Shown: positions 39,726 through 53,557 of the stretch, piece by piece | How positions within the stretch are numbered: position 1 is the first letter of the stretch | Layout: each line of letters begins with the position of its first letter | NCBI GenBank assembly: GCA_964016885.1 | Contig: OZ024750.1 | Span: 11,098,001 to 11,162,000 of the forward strand | DNA length: 64,000 bases | Reading direction: 5' to 3' | Source: Eledone cirrhosa | Lineage: Eukaryota | Translations under genes and position numbers: made by a program | The notes under the pieces: generated by a model | The model's input: only the letters and a program-made list of their open reading frames with translations | What the model was told of the DNA's origin: nothing | Database searches by the model: none

Positions 39726-42647
39726 GTGTGCGCGTGTGCGCGTGCGTGTACAGCCTGTCGGTTTGTATTCAGATTGGAACATATAGATGTATGAATCAAA
39801 TCACGTCATTATTGAAATATAAACGGATGGAGGAGATTTGATTTATAATATTAAACTATTAAGTATTTCGGAAAGCTGAGATCCTCAATTGTTTGTATTC
39901 CTTATGAGGGAATATTTCTTCCCTGTTAAACAAACACAGAATAAATAGAATTCATAGGAATGCAAATTCTCATTAAATACACTAATAGATAAACTGCCTA
40001 ACACAATATGAATAATTTACTTAAGAGAAAGTCTTGTTTTTGTTGTTTAAATCCAAGTCAACTATGAGAGTGAGGATCTATAAAGAGAACTATTGTACGC
40101 ATGATCATCTCATCTATTACGACATTTTCCAATGGATTCCTTATGTTTAAGACTGTATGTGATTTAAGAACAATATGGCTGCAATTTCATCCACGATGAT
40201 CAACTATGTAGAGCTTCCATTTGTTTGTTGCATGTGTATATGTCAATTGAATCTCAACTGTATATTACTAGCCATATATATATATTAATATTACTATTTC
40301 CTGCAGGATATAGTGGAGAATAATTATTGATACGTTTACACCAGTGGGATTTAATGTAATCAAACTGCCAGTACACCATGTTGAATTTATATTATTAAAT
40401 ACTTTCTTGATTTTATAACATATTCACTGATGTCAACCATTAATCCCTGGTCCATATTACTATCATCTCATGGTCCTGGGATGCTTTTTCAGAAGTATTA
40501 TATTCTACCTTTCATTTGCTGGTCTCTTAAGCTATGACAAGAGTCATAAATACAACCATTCATTCTTAGATTAAAACAAAACAAATTCATATAATTTCAA
40601 CTTACGAACTGAATAAATAATAATCTGTTTCATCAAAATATAGCTACGTATTCTAGAGTTAGTTAAATTAAACAAAGATATCACAAATTAGAAATTAAAT
40701 AATTGTTTAATAAATACAAATTATACATTACTCTATGTCTTTATTATATATTTCTAGACACAGAATTAGGAAAACTACGATGTCCTTATAATGTAATATT
40801 TAGAAATATTACTTACTCTCTTGACAATATTATACTTGTGAGTGTGGCGACCCTAACCAGACAGTGCTACAGGTTGTTAGGGATTGTTCCTCCCCTCAGA
40901 CGTATTACCGGCGACCTCGAGGCAATCCATAATATTACAAATGGCGTCAGTCTGGCTCACCAATCTCAGCAGTCTTTCTAACCATTGTGCATATGTCACA
41001 AGAAGACTTGTGACTATGTATGAACGTTGAAAAAGTGAGATAAATTACATGTTTTTAACCTTTTGATTATTGACATTAATTCGCGAAGGGACACACATTC
41101 TCTTTCGAACTTCCCTCATTTCTTTAAATAAGCTACTGACATCGATCGCGATTAAACCACACATTCAGTAGCTACGTTATGTATAACATTGGAAATAACC
41201 ATTAATAAGTTTCCAAACTGATTCCGATATCGAACTTAACATTTGAAGCACACATACATTTATATATAAGATCTGAAAGGATTTGCATACATAAAAATAT
41301 TGAATGTCGATCCGATAGGATTTATTCAAATGAATGAATTTCCTATAAAAACTAGTAATCAGTTTTCTATAGATTTTGTTGTTATTGTTGTCACATGTAG
41401 AATAAAAGAGAAATTATTTGTTTCCTGAAGGATGTTCGAAGCTGCTGTATTTATTTTATTTGAATTCTGATCAGTATAATCAGACTAATTATTCCTGTTT
41501 TTATTCTTAATAAAATCTTAGATTCCCCTGAACTGAATTATTATATAAGCAGAACTATAGGAATCTTCCTAAGAAAAGTCGAAGTGAAACTGTTACCAAT
41601 CGTTAATTTATCTATTTCTCTGTTGCTAATGCTAGCTGTGCAATCTATCAATAACAAATGTAGAAACTAAGATACACATTGCTTTGTAGTAAAGGTTGTT
41701 AGTCAGATGTAAGCGTGAGAACGTGGTTGTGTTGATTCCATATCGTACTTCTCTTGCACATTGAATCAATGTATACTAAACTGCTGTTACACAGTACATC
41801 TGACGACTTCCAGAGATCAGGGTAACTTCTTCATTTACTAAGAAATTGTCAACGTTTTCACATGGTGGAAAATATACAAAGTGTCATTTTTAGAAATGGT
41901 TAAATGCAAAACAATTATTTGTAAAATGTAAATGTTTCGTATTTCATCCAACCAAAAAATTGAATTAACACTGAATTCTTATGTTGCGACAGATTCCAAG
42001 ATATCGGTTTTGGATATTGAAACAAGAAAGTATTTGACTTCGATGTAATTTACACACAAGAGTGGTTATACTCCAGCAATCTTCTTACAATAACAACTAC
42101 GATAACAACATGGTCTATCACGACCTTCTCTTAGTAGAATTTCTATCGATAAACGTGAAAATATAAATGTTACCTGCATTAGGATTCGGTACTAAAACAT
42201 GACCTATAAAATAACAACCTATGCACAAGAACGATTTGAACAGTAATAAAGCAAAACAAAAAAATGCGATTAATAATATTCCCAATATCTATGTTTTAGT
42301 TAAAACACTCATGCGATACATGTTTGTGTATACAAACTATATATATCACTTTATGTTGATATTACCATAATAAATTATACGTTTTAGGTAACTAAGACGA
42401 GAAATTTTTCGCAAGAAAAACGCCAGTTTGCTTTCCCTAGAGTATAACATTCTATATCTTTATCACTTTATGTTTATATATATACACACAAAAATACATT
42501 CACGCACACACACACATTTTATATATATATATATTATTATATATATGATATAATATAATATAATATATACATATAATGGTACTATGGATGATGTATGTGA
42601 GGCTCTCCAAATGTGTAATATAGGTTAGATTTTACAATAATGATAAA

Positions 42648-42836
42648 AATTGTTTCTACTTTTGGCACAAGGCCAGCAATAACGCAGTGTATTACTGGTA
42701 CTTTATTTTATCGACCCCCGTAAGAATGAAAGGCAAAGTTAACCTCGGCGGGATTTGAACTCAGAATGGAAAGGGCCGTAACTCTATACATTCAAAGCAT
42801 GGCGTCCGACCCTCAAGCGATACTGCCAATCCACCG
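42648..42836 (-). mobile_element. tRNA-SINE, full length
   Basis: Reverse complement of the family consensus. Confidence 0.92.
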
Positions 42837-43007
42837 TGCATACGTAGTGTGATATATATATGTTGGGTGTGAAACCACATTAGTGGCTCAAAGTACTAGA
42901 ATTTCATACACAAACCACTTACCAGACTTAAGTGTTTAGCGTACGGGATTCCTATCACTTGAGTCTCCAATATAGCTTAACGGATATATATATATATATA
43001 TATATAG

Positions 43008-43137
43008 CGAAGGAAATGTGGTAAGGAACCAGGTGGACCATAACGCACCAAAGTACTCAATACTTGAGGTAGTAGAGTGGGTAATAGGAACCAGTAAGAC
43101 CCCGACAGCTGAGCTCAAGCCGTTTCGACGGCTAATT

Positions 43138-43140
<3 letters not shown>
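43008..43140 (-). mobile_element. Family A element between (TA)n tracts
   Basis: Tail plus hammerhead 3' half, truncated within stem II. Confidence 0.85.
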
Positions 43141-43178
<38 letters not shown>

Positions 43179-43292
43179 CTATTGTGTGTATATGTGTGGA
43201 GTGGGTGTATGTATGTTATTGTGAAATAATCAGCATCTGTTTATATTGTATTTTTATTTGTTCTTTCTGTTGCACTCTGGTGCATATATATA

Positions 43293-43334
<42 letters not shown>

Positions 43335-43429
43335 CATATATATATATATATATAACATATATATATATATATATATATAACATATATATATATATAACAT
43401 ATATATTATATATATATATATATATAACA

Positions 43430-43467
<38 letters not shown>

Positions 43468-43481
43468 TATAATATAATATA

Positions 43482-43518
<37 letters not shown>

Positions 43519-43591
43519 ATATAATATAATATATATATATAATATAATATTATATATATAATATAATATAATATATATATATATATATATA

Positions 43592-43623
<32 letters not shown>

Positions 43624-43914
43624 GGTAAATATACACGGGTGTGTATGATTGTGTATTGAAGATTATATTAATAAGAGGAATTCCAACTTTGTCTGATTTA
43701 CTCGTTTTATTTACAATCCTTTAAAATTTATAATGGTATTATAATGAAATAGTATGATAGAATATTAAATTCTAAGTGTTAATTGAACAAGTACTTTCAT
43801 GCTTTCGCAATCTTCAGGTTCATAATATGTGGTGACAGTCAAGTTTGCAATTTTCAACTGTTGACAGACATTTTGGGGGATGGGGAAAGCCGATTAAATC
43901 GACCTCAGTATATG

Positions 43915-44055
43915 ACTGGTACTTCATTTTATCGATCCCCGTAAGGATGAAAGACAAAGCTAACCTCGGCAGGATTAGAACTCTGAACAAAGAACTAACT
44001 ATATGTCATGAATCATGTCCGACCTTCTACCAGTACTACAAACCCACCACCCTAA
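43915..44055 (-). mobile_element. Old tRNA-SINE copy
   Basis: CTGGTACTT..TTTATCGATCCCCGTAAGGATGAAAG.. diverged match. Confidence 0.7.
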
Positions 44056-45226
44056 TCATTTACTAAAATATTAGTAGATAAAACTCCATTATTTTCATCA
44101 CTCTTTTCATCTCATTTATAGTCCTTTCCAATACTATTTCCTTTTTTTTCTGTATGTTTGACTAAATATTAAATTCTTCATTAGTTTTATGTATTTTATC
44201 CAAGAAATGTATTTCTTTATACACATTATATTTCATGTTTATGGCACTGACTGTTACTTTGTACGAAAACACTATATTCGCTATAGCCGCGAAAGATTTG
44301 TTGCTATTTATATGTATCTATGTGTGGTGTGGGTGTGGGTGTGGGTGTGCATCTGTGCGGGTGTGTAATTTTTGCAATGTATTATTAGTAACACTACCAT
44401 TTGCAGCCGCGATTAATAAATCGATGGTAAAGTTTATGATAACTTTTCTGTAGGAGAATGACATAGATAGATATGTTGGTAGATCGATAGATATGTTGGT
44501 AGATCGATAGATATGTTGGTAGATAGATAAATAAATAGATAGATAGATAAATAGGTATGTTGGTAGATAGATATATTTCTTTATTTGCCACAAGGGGGCA
44601 CAAGAAAGGGGGACAATACATAGATAAATACATAGATAGCTATGTTGGTAGACAGACAGATATATAGTTAACTGGGTAGCGTTCACAGATAGCTAGATAG
44701 ATAGCTAGTGTTTAACAAAATCTAAATAACAATATATGTTTATTGCGGAACGTGCGAGAGATATAAACAAGGAAACATTTGAATACGAAGCTTATTCAGG
44801 TTAATGATTATTTTGGCAATAAACACAGAAAAATCAATAATGTAAAAATATTCAAAGAAACATATCTAATCTGGAAGATACAATAAAATAGGATGCAAGT
44901 AAGACGGGAATTACTTGTCCGCTGATTTTTATATTGGTCATTTGCTATATAAAACATAGATAACATCATTCCTTGTTTCTTTTGCCAATATTGCCCATCA
45001 AGGCGTGAAATTTGTGTTAATCATTCAGGAAAAATGGATTTCTTCATTGATTCTTTTTATTCTTGATTTGCGTGAATAAAGAGGTGTTAAGGACAGCTAA
45101 AAAAGGTGAGAGGGATTTCACTTCGTTTCTATGGTTGATTGGTTTGTATAACAGTCCGAATCATAAATATATAGTTTTATATATATATACATATATGTAT
45201 ATACATAATTTGACACCTCATCCCTA

Positions 45227-45315
<89 letters not shown>

Positions 45316-45319
<4 letters not shown>

Positions 45320-45421
45320 GTTTCTACGTTAGGCACAAGGCCAGCAATTATTTTATCGACCCCGTAAGGATGAAAGGCAAAGTTGACCTCGGCGGGATTT
45401 GAACTCAGAATGGCAAGGGCC

Positions 45422-45423
<2 letters not shown>
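45316..45423 (-). mobile_element. tRNA-SINE, partial
   Basis: Tail and B-box region within (TA)n. Confidence 0.85.
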
Positions 45424-45500
<77 letters not shown>

Positions 45501-45583
45501 CATATATATATATACATATATAATACATATATATATATATAATACAACGATGATTTGTTAAGCCTTCATTAGGTTTATTGACT

Positions 45584-46024
45584 GGTGACGCGTGTTTCGC
45601 TATTGATCAACACAAGGTTTGATCTGAATCGATCTAGCCCAACTCTGGAATCAAAAGCTCGTCGGACCTCTGGTGTAGTAATGACATGTATATATGTGTG
45701 TATATATATATATATTAGACAATGTGTTTGATCTTTGGTAGTTAGGTATACTTGAAAAGAAAAAGGAAAAGAATGACTTCACTTGTAGTTCTAAACAATT
45801 TTATTTGATTTTATATTATAATATTATGAATTTAATATTATATTATAAAATGAAATCAAATTGTTTAAAACTACAAGTGAAGTCATTCTTTTTCTTTTTT
45901 ATATATATATATATATGTCATTAAGTTTATTCAGCTGTGACACGCGTTTCGCGATTGATCAGTTATAGGTTCGATATTTATCTCTCGGGACCGACTCTAC
46001 TCTTGGATCAAAAGCTCATCACGT
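45584..46024 (-). mobile_element. Two degenerate long-stem-II hammerhead elements (family M) flanking a palindrome
   Basis: Minus strand: GGT-CCGACGA-GCTTTTGAT..GATCAATAGC-GAAA-CACGCG-TC-ACC (45584-45668) and GTGATGA-GCTTTTGATC..GATCAATCGC-GAAA-CGCGTG-TC (45936-46024). Palindrome at 45765-45900 between them. Confidence 0.6.
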
Positions 46025-46064
46025 TTATTTCTTATACATTTCAAGCATTATTGTGACCTCCTGA

Positions 46065-46257
46065 GGGCGGTGGATTGGCAGTATCGGTAGATGGTCGGAC
46101 GCCATGCTTTTACGCATAAAGTTACGACCCTTGCCATTCTGAGTTCAAATCCCGCCGAGGTTAACTTTGCCTTTCATCCTTATGGGGTCGATAAAATAAA
46201 GTACCAGTAATACATTGGGTAATTGCTGGCCTTGTGCCAAAAGTAGAAACAATTATT
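46065..46257 (+). mobile_element. tRNA-SINE, full length, with target-site duplication
   Basis: ATTATTGTGACC present on both flanks. Confidence 0.93.
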
Positions 46258-46686
46258 GTGACCCCCTCGGAGAATATTTATACCAAAATTTCTATGTATG
46301 GAGAATTTTCTTTTAATAACAACGCTCTATATGTTATACAGAATACAAAAATAAAAAATGATAAATTTGGCTAATTTCTATGGCCCGAGGAGTGATATAA
46401 ATATTAAATGTTTATGATATAACTAATCAAAATATATCAATATATCAATATTTGTGAAGGTTCCCCTCTGAAATCTCCAAATAAAATATTTTCTTCCTTC
46501 GTTTCAACTGAATGCTTTAGAAGCAATAAAGCTCAATATCAAATCATTTGTCAAAAAAATAAATAATGAGAAATGTCACGATAGAAAGTATCTATTGTAA
46601 GCATGAATACAAACATAACATTTTATTTCCATGTAGAGCCAACATATAGAGCAAATATACTACTATTATCACATCTACTATGTGAA

Positions 46687-47092
46687 GGGCAGTGGATTGG
46701 CAATATCGGTAGAGGGCCGAAGGTCATGCTTTGCAACATAGAGTTACGGTCCTTTATGATCTGAGTTCAAATCCCGCCGAGGTTAACTTTGCCTTTCATC
46801 CTTACGGGGTCGATAAAATAAAGTAACAGTAATAAACTGGAATAAGTGCTGGCCTTGTGCCAAAAGTAGAAACTATTACATCTACTATGTAATAATATGT
46901 AGGCGGTGAATTGGCAGTATCGGTAGAGGGTTGGACCCCATGCTTTCTAGCATAGTTACATCCCTTTACGGTCTGAGTTCAAACCCCGTCGAGGTTAACT
47001 TTGCCTTTCATCCTTACGGGGTCGATAAAATAAAGTACCAGTAATGCACTGGGTAATTGCTGGCCTTGTGCCAATAGTAGATACAATTATTA
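46687..47092 (+). mobile_element. Two tandem full-length tRNA-SINEs
   Basis: Copies at 46687-46877 and 46901-47092. ACATCTACT(ATGT) recurs before, between and after them. Confidence 0.93.
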
Positions 47093-47459
47093 CATCTACT
47101 CTATTATCGTAATTCCAAAAGTCTCCAATATAGATTTTACAATGTTTCCGCAGAATTTTCTGACAAGGTGTTGAAATATGTTCTCAATAGAACATTTTAT
47201 TACTTGTCGACGACTATTAAAGGAAAAATAAAGTAAAAATCACAAATGTTACTAAATATGATTTTCTAAGATAGGTTATCGTCTGTCAGTTTGGCAGGTT
47301 TATAAGTTGTGCTATATCAGACGTTTTAGATGGAAATAACGTTTGCTCAATCTCGTGATCTCTATATTTCATATACATCCATATTTCATATTTATTTACG
47401 TACGTTCGAAGTTCTATAAATACAATGTGTGTGTATATACGTATGTTTGAATGTATATT

Positions 47460-47945
47460 TTATGCATGTATTTATGTATGTATTTCCGTATATATACATA
47501 TGCATGTATATGCGTGTGTTTGTATGTATTTATGTATGTATTTCCGTATATATATATGCATGTATATGCGTGTGTTTGTATGTATTTATGTATGTATTTC
47601 CGTATATATACATATGCATGTATATGCGTGTGTTTGTATGTATTTATGTATGTATTTCCGTATATATATATGCATGTATATGCGTGTGTTTGTATGTATT
47701 TATGTATGTATTTCCGTATATATATATGCATGTATATGCGTGTGTTTGTATGTATTTATGTATGTATTTCCGTATATATATATGCATGTATATGCGTGTG
47801 TTTGTATGTATTTATGTATGTATTTCCGTATATATATATGCATGTATATGCGTGTGTTTGTATGTATTTATGTATGTATTTCCGTATATATATATGCATG
47901 TATATGCGTGTGTTTGTATGTATTTATGTATGTATTTACGTATAT
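47460..47945. repeat. 56-58-bp minisatellite, about 8.5 units
   Basis: TATGCATGTATATGCGTGTGTTTGTATGTATTTATGTATGTATTTCCGTATATATA. Confidence 0.97.
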
Positions 47946-48134
47946 ATATATATATGTATGTGGGTGTATGCATATATATGTGTATGTATGTACGAGTTGT
48001 CTATAATTACTAAAACATCAGGGCGATGGATTTTGTAGCATGGGTTGAGAGTCGGACAACTTGCTTTATGTTATAGAGTTACGGCCCTTTACGACCTAAG
48101 TTCAAATCCTGCCGAGGTTTGTTTTGCCCTTCAT

Positions 48135-48173
<39 letters not shown>

Positions 48174-48190
48174 CACAAACACACACACAT

Positions 48191-48222
<32 letters not shown>

Positions 48223-48279
48223 TTTTCGCTCCGACAGTTTTTGTATATATATATATATATATATACACCTACATACATA

Positions 48280-48434
48280 CAATGATATTAAATAAATGGA
48301 AACTATATTTATAAAACCATATTTATTTTATTATATATATGTCAAGGGTACCAAAACACATTGGTACGCTTTCTCTAAATCAGTTATAAACATTTATATT
48401 TGTCGGACTTCCAACAAATTAAATACTCCTTCTA

Positions 48435-48438
<4 letters not shown>
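48280..48438. mobile_element. Family F fragment with inversion at stem II
   Basis: A reverse segment ending in the GGTACCAAAACACATTGGTACG hairpin, then a forward family F tail into (TA)n. Confidence 0.65.
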
Positions 48439-48472
<34 letters not shown>

Positions 48473-48678
48473 TATGTGTGGGTGTGTGTGTGTGTGTGAT
48501 TTTAAAAAATATCTAATGATATATTCGTAGCTAAAGGGTTTTCCATATATATATACACACACACACACATTTATATATATATAGAAATATTTTCGGTCCG
48601 ACAGTTATATATATATATATATGTGTGTGTGATTTTTTAAAATATCTAATGATTTATTCAGAGCTAAAGGGCTTTCCA

Positions 48679-48744
<66 letters not shown>

Positions 48745-48917
48745 CACACACACATATATATATATAGAAATATTTTCGCTCCGACATAGCTGTATATATA
48801 TATATATGTATAATATATATGTATATGTGTGTGTGAGTGTGTGAATATTTTTGATATGTAATATATTTATAGCTTTCTATATGGGTGGAGAGTCGGACAA
48901 CTTGCTTTATGTTATAG

Positions 48918-48978
48918 TCCTGATGATTTCTAAAGAATGAAACAGTTCTAGTCCTGTAGAATCTAATCTATATTAATA
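48918..48978 (+). ncRNA. Family B hammerhead, 5'-truncated in stem I
   Basis: TC-CTGATGA-TTTCTAAAGAAT-GAAA-CAG(TTCTAGTC)CTG-T-A-GAATC, fused to a SINE fragment. Confidence 0.75.
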
Positions 48979-49541
48979 TATTAGTTATATATATATAGGT
49001 ATAGCTTTTATCACTACCGTTCTTATACACCAGGCATGTATGATGTACACATTTCAGATGACATGAAGACCTTTATATATGGGACGCCTACTCTCACAAT
49101 TGTACTTTATTCACATAATTACTTCATATTGAATATCTGAAACATAATCTTTAGCTATGAAGATACTTAATTTGAACATTTTTTTTCCTCCTTTCTCCCA
49201 ATCATTCTTTGATTATTTCTCTTGATTATTTCTCTTGACCAAGCTTTTGTAGTCGTAGGCGAACGTACAAATTATACAGCAATGAACACGTATGCATAGG
49301 AATCTTCTTAAATTATGTTATTATTGGTTCAACACGATTTACGATGGGCAATATCCTATAAAGCACTTTGCTAGAAAATTATTTGCCAAGTTTAATACAC
49401 GCATCACTGCCAGCAATTATAACATCAAAATAAATCTTCAGCCTCGGATATTAAAGGGGAAAAAATTCCATATTTGAAAATTTTAGATATCTCAAATATT
49501 TTAACTCTAGTCCACCGAAAATCCAATCTTATCTATAGTTA

Positions 49542-49709
49542 CCGTATTTCCCGGCGTCAAAGACTCTACTTTTCCCCTAAAATAAGTCTCAAAAATCTAC
49601 CATGCGTCCTGGAGGCCGAAGGTTGTTTATCATTTTTTTCCAAATATTTTGTTGTCAAAATTAGGGTACGTTCTCGAAGACGAAGCGCCTTCGGCGCCGC
49701 GCAATACGA
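49542..49709. mobile_element. pogo/Tc1-mariner-like MITE
   Basis: TA|CCGTATTTCCCGGCG ... CGCCGCGCAATACGA|TA: imperfect TIRs with TA flanks. Confidence 0.65.
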
Positions 49710-50158
49710 TAATTATTGTGAGTGAGATTCTATAGGAACCCTTACGTCCTATAGAAGTTAATATGTTTTCAATGAGATTCTATAGCAACGTCCTATAGAA
49801 TTTAATACGTTGTACATGAATTTCTATAGCAACTTTAACCTCCTATAGAATTTAATACGTTATGTCCATAAGCTTTTCTACCTAAGAAGCTCTTTATGGT
49901 TTTAAATGTACCTGTTATAGAAAGGTGGCCTACTGCTAAGAGTTTTGGATTTACGATCATAATGTCGTTGTTTCGATTCCTGAGTTGGGTTGCGTGTTGT
50001 GTTCTTGAGAAAAACCCTTCTTTTCACGCCGCACCAGTATATTCTGATGGATTAGTAACGTCCGATATGTTAAGATAATTTTTCTACTATATCAAGCGTT
50101 AAACTCATATAATCTTCATTGCACTGTATTATTCTCTCGTGTTTTTATTCTCTGCTTG

Positions 50159-50205
<47 letters not shown>

Positions 50206-50279
50206 ATGTGTGCGTGTGCGTGTGTGCGCGTGTGAATACATATATATAATTATATATTTATATATATGTGTGCGTGTGT

Positions 50280-50340
<61 letters not shown>

Positions 50341-50705
50341 TATGATAAAGAACACAAGAGCGTCTACAACATCAAAAGATTTTTATTGGCTTACAATGTT
50401 TCTTCTATATAAATATATATATGTATCATATATATTTTTGTGTATTTGTATGAGTATATATATATATATATATATATATTAAAATACACTCATTCTTTGG
50501 CACTACACAGTCATTTTCCAAGATTCAATAACATGTATATTTGGAAGGAAATTAGAGTGGTAATAACTTTATTGAACTCAGAAATCTACGAACATAACAA
50601 AGCAAAGGATATTCCACTGTCACAGATGTACGTGAAATACAGTTCGTACGTGAAGTACAAATAGAGTAACTCGAACCGTTGTGTTTATATTATCTGTCTA
50701 CATAG

Positions 50706-50895
50706 GGCGGTGGATTGGCAGGATCGGTAGAGGGTCGGACGCCATGCTTTGACGCATAGAGTTACGGCCCTTGCTATTCTGAGTTCAAATCCCGCCGAGG
50801 TTAACTTTGCCTTTCATCCTTACGGGGTCGATAAAATAAAGTGCCAGTAATACACTGGGTAATTGCTGGCCTTGTGCCTAACGTAGAAACAATTA
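50706..50895 (+). mobile_element. tRNA-SINE, full length, young
   Basis: 17-bp target-site duplication ATTATCTGTCTACATAG at 50689-50705 and 50892-50908. Confidence 0.95.
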
Positions 50896-51145
50896 TCTGT
50901 CTACATAGTAACATATAGATGCATAAATCTTTCTACGTGTCTATTGTATTGATACTTATATATATATACCTGTACGTTTAGAGTTCAGCTCATTTATGAG
51001 CGAAATATATATACATGGAAATGAGTATATACGTACGTTCTTCTATGCATATAAATATTCAATTCTATTAGCGTGTATTTATTTATGTATGTTATGTATG
51101 TACATACAAGTTTCTATTTATTAACAAATACTAACATTTATATAG

Positions 51146-51147
<2 letters not shown>

Positions 51148-51192
<45 letters not shown>

Positions 51193-51244
51193 AGAAAGAA
51201 TGAGAGAAAGAATGGGAGAATGAGAGAGAGAGAAAGAATGAGGG

Positions 51245-51280
<36 letters not shown>

Positions 51281-51450
51281 TGAGAGAGAGAGAGTGAGAG
51301 AATGAGAGAGAGAGAAAGAAAGAATAAGAGAGAGAGAAAGAGAGATTGAGAGAGAGAGAGAAAGAGAGAAAGAATGAGAGAGAGAGAAAGAGAGAAAGAA
51401 TAAGAGAATTTGAGAGAGAAAGAAAGAATAAGAGAGAAAGAGAGAATGAG

Positions 51451-51492
<42 letters not shown>

Positions 51493-51625
51493 AGAGAAAG
51501 AGAATTTGAGAGAGAGAGAGAAAGAGAGAAATAATGAGAGAGAGAGAAAGAGAGAAAGAATGAGAGAATGTGAGAGAGAGAAAGATTGAGAAAGAGAGAG
51601 AGAGAGAGAATGAGAAAGAGAGAGA
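51148..51625. repeat. Degenerate (GA)n polypurine tract
   Basis: About 480 bp of almost only G and A. Confidence 0.95.
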
Positions 51626-51949
51626 CAGACACATACAATCTGAAAGTGCTGAACCAGTTCAACGCAAAATGTTATCTAAGTAAGTTTTTCAATCTCGCGA
51701 AATGTTCTATTTTCTCGTTTTACATATATATGGTTACAAATCCTAACACTTGAAATAACAGTCTTTTCTGGAGTGGATCTAATTAGCTGAATGATAAGCC
51801 TGTGGTACAGAAGAATATGTCTTTCTATTCCGAATAGTCTCCATTTTCTTCTAAATAGATATAATATACATTGACATTTGGACTACAATTTACAATTTTG
51901 TGTGTACAAACGTATAAAGCTGATAAACGTATATGCAGTCTTTTGTTGC

Positions 51950-52361
51950 ATAGTAGAGGCTCAAACGCCATGCTTTGACGCATAGAGTTACGGCCCTTGC
52001 CATTCTGAGTTCAAATCCCGTCGGGGTTAACTTTGCCTTTCATCCTTACGGGGTCGATAAAATAAAGTACCAGTAATGCACTGGGTAATTGCTGGTCTTG
52101 TGCCAAAAGTAGAAATAATTATATCAATGTAAGCTCGAATTAGGTATTATACTCAGTAACATCACATCAAGAATATAATTGTTTCTACTTTTTGGCACAA
52201 GGCCAGCAATTACCCAGTGCATTACTGGTACTTTATTTTATCGACCCCGTAAGGATGAAAGGCAAAGTTAACCTCGGCGGGATTTGAACTCAGAATGGCA
52301 AAGACCGTAACTCTATGCGTCAAAGCATGGCGTCCGACCCTCTACCGATACTGCCAATCCA
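51950..52361. mobile_element. Tail-to-tail inverted pair of tRNA-SINEs
   Basis: + copy at 51950-52122 and - copy at 52177-52361, about 55-bp spacer. Confidence 0.92.
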
Positions 52362-52462
52362 TCATGAAATAGGAATGCAAGTGCCGCACGATTCCAACTG
52401 TATACAAACACACATATTCACTCAAACATATATATTTCGAGTTGCCCAGAGACCTCAAATTA

Positions 52463-52514
<52 letters not shown>

Positions 52515-52603
52515 ATATATATATATATAGAAAGAGAGAGGTAGATGGAGATAGACAGATGTGTGTGTATGTGTGTTCATTAGAGAGAGAGAGAGAATGT
52601 GTG

Positions 52604-52781
52604 TGGTTTGGCAGTATCGGCAGAGGGTCGGATGCCATGCTTTGCACCATAGAGTTACATCCCTTTATGGTCTGAGTTCAAATCCCGCCGAGGGTAACTT
52701 TGCCTTTCATCCTTACGGGGTCGATAAAATAAAATACCAGCAATGCACTGGGGTAATGTATGGCCTTGTGCCAAAAGTAGA

Positions 52782-52785
<4 letters not shown>
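52604..52785 (+). mobile_element. tRNA-SINE, near full length
   Basis: Matches the consensus; ends in (TA)n. Confidence 0.9.
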
Positions 52786-52823
<38 letters not shown>

Positions 52824-52922
52824 AGAAAACAACATAAGACAATTATTCCATTACGAGAGGTTTCACGAAGACAGACGAGCTCAACAGAGACGTCTGAAAT
52901 CACTCATTTTAATGTCTTAAAT

Positions 52923-52993
52923 TTTCATTCTGATGAGCGATTTCAGACGTCTCTTGAGCTCGTCTGTCTTCGTGAAACCTTTGGTAAATGGAA
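52923..52993 (+). ncRNA. Type I hammerhead ribozyme (family C)
   Basis: TTTCATT-CTGATGA-GCGA.TTT.CAGACG..CGTCTG.TCT.TCGT-GAAA-CC(TTT)GG-T-A-AATGGAA. 7-bp stem I and GUA triplet. Right arm of the 52830-53007 palindrome. Confidence 0.88.
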
Positions 52994-53078
52994 TAATTGT
53001 CTTATGTTTATTACATAATTAAATAGCTCTGTAGCATACATAGAGCATTCTCCTTTTCTTTACCCTTCCTACGGAAAT

Positions 53079-53119
<41 letters not shown>

Positions 53120-53478
53120 CTGCAGATATCATACTAGTGATATTCCTAATTGACTACTTCATTCCGTCAGTTTCTATTTAATTTCATCAGAGAGATTGCT
53201 GTCAACCTAGTTTAGTCTTCAATCGCGATATCAACTGAAATCGAAACCTTTGCGTTACTTGCGCAATTTGCATTATAGATTTCAAATACCATTTTCTATA
53301 TTTTGTAAAATTTGACTTCATTGATGATATAATAATTATCTTCTTTGTTTGAAGGTGTCAACGTCTAATAATTGTATAATATAATGTATAGTATTAGTTA
53401 AATAAATACGTGAAAACTTATACACATTTAAATGTGGGATATAAAGAAACTTACTTTCATATATGTATGTGTGTGTAT

Positions 53479-53557
<79 letters not shown>

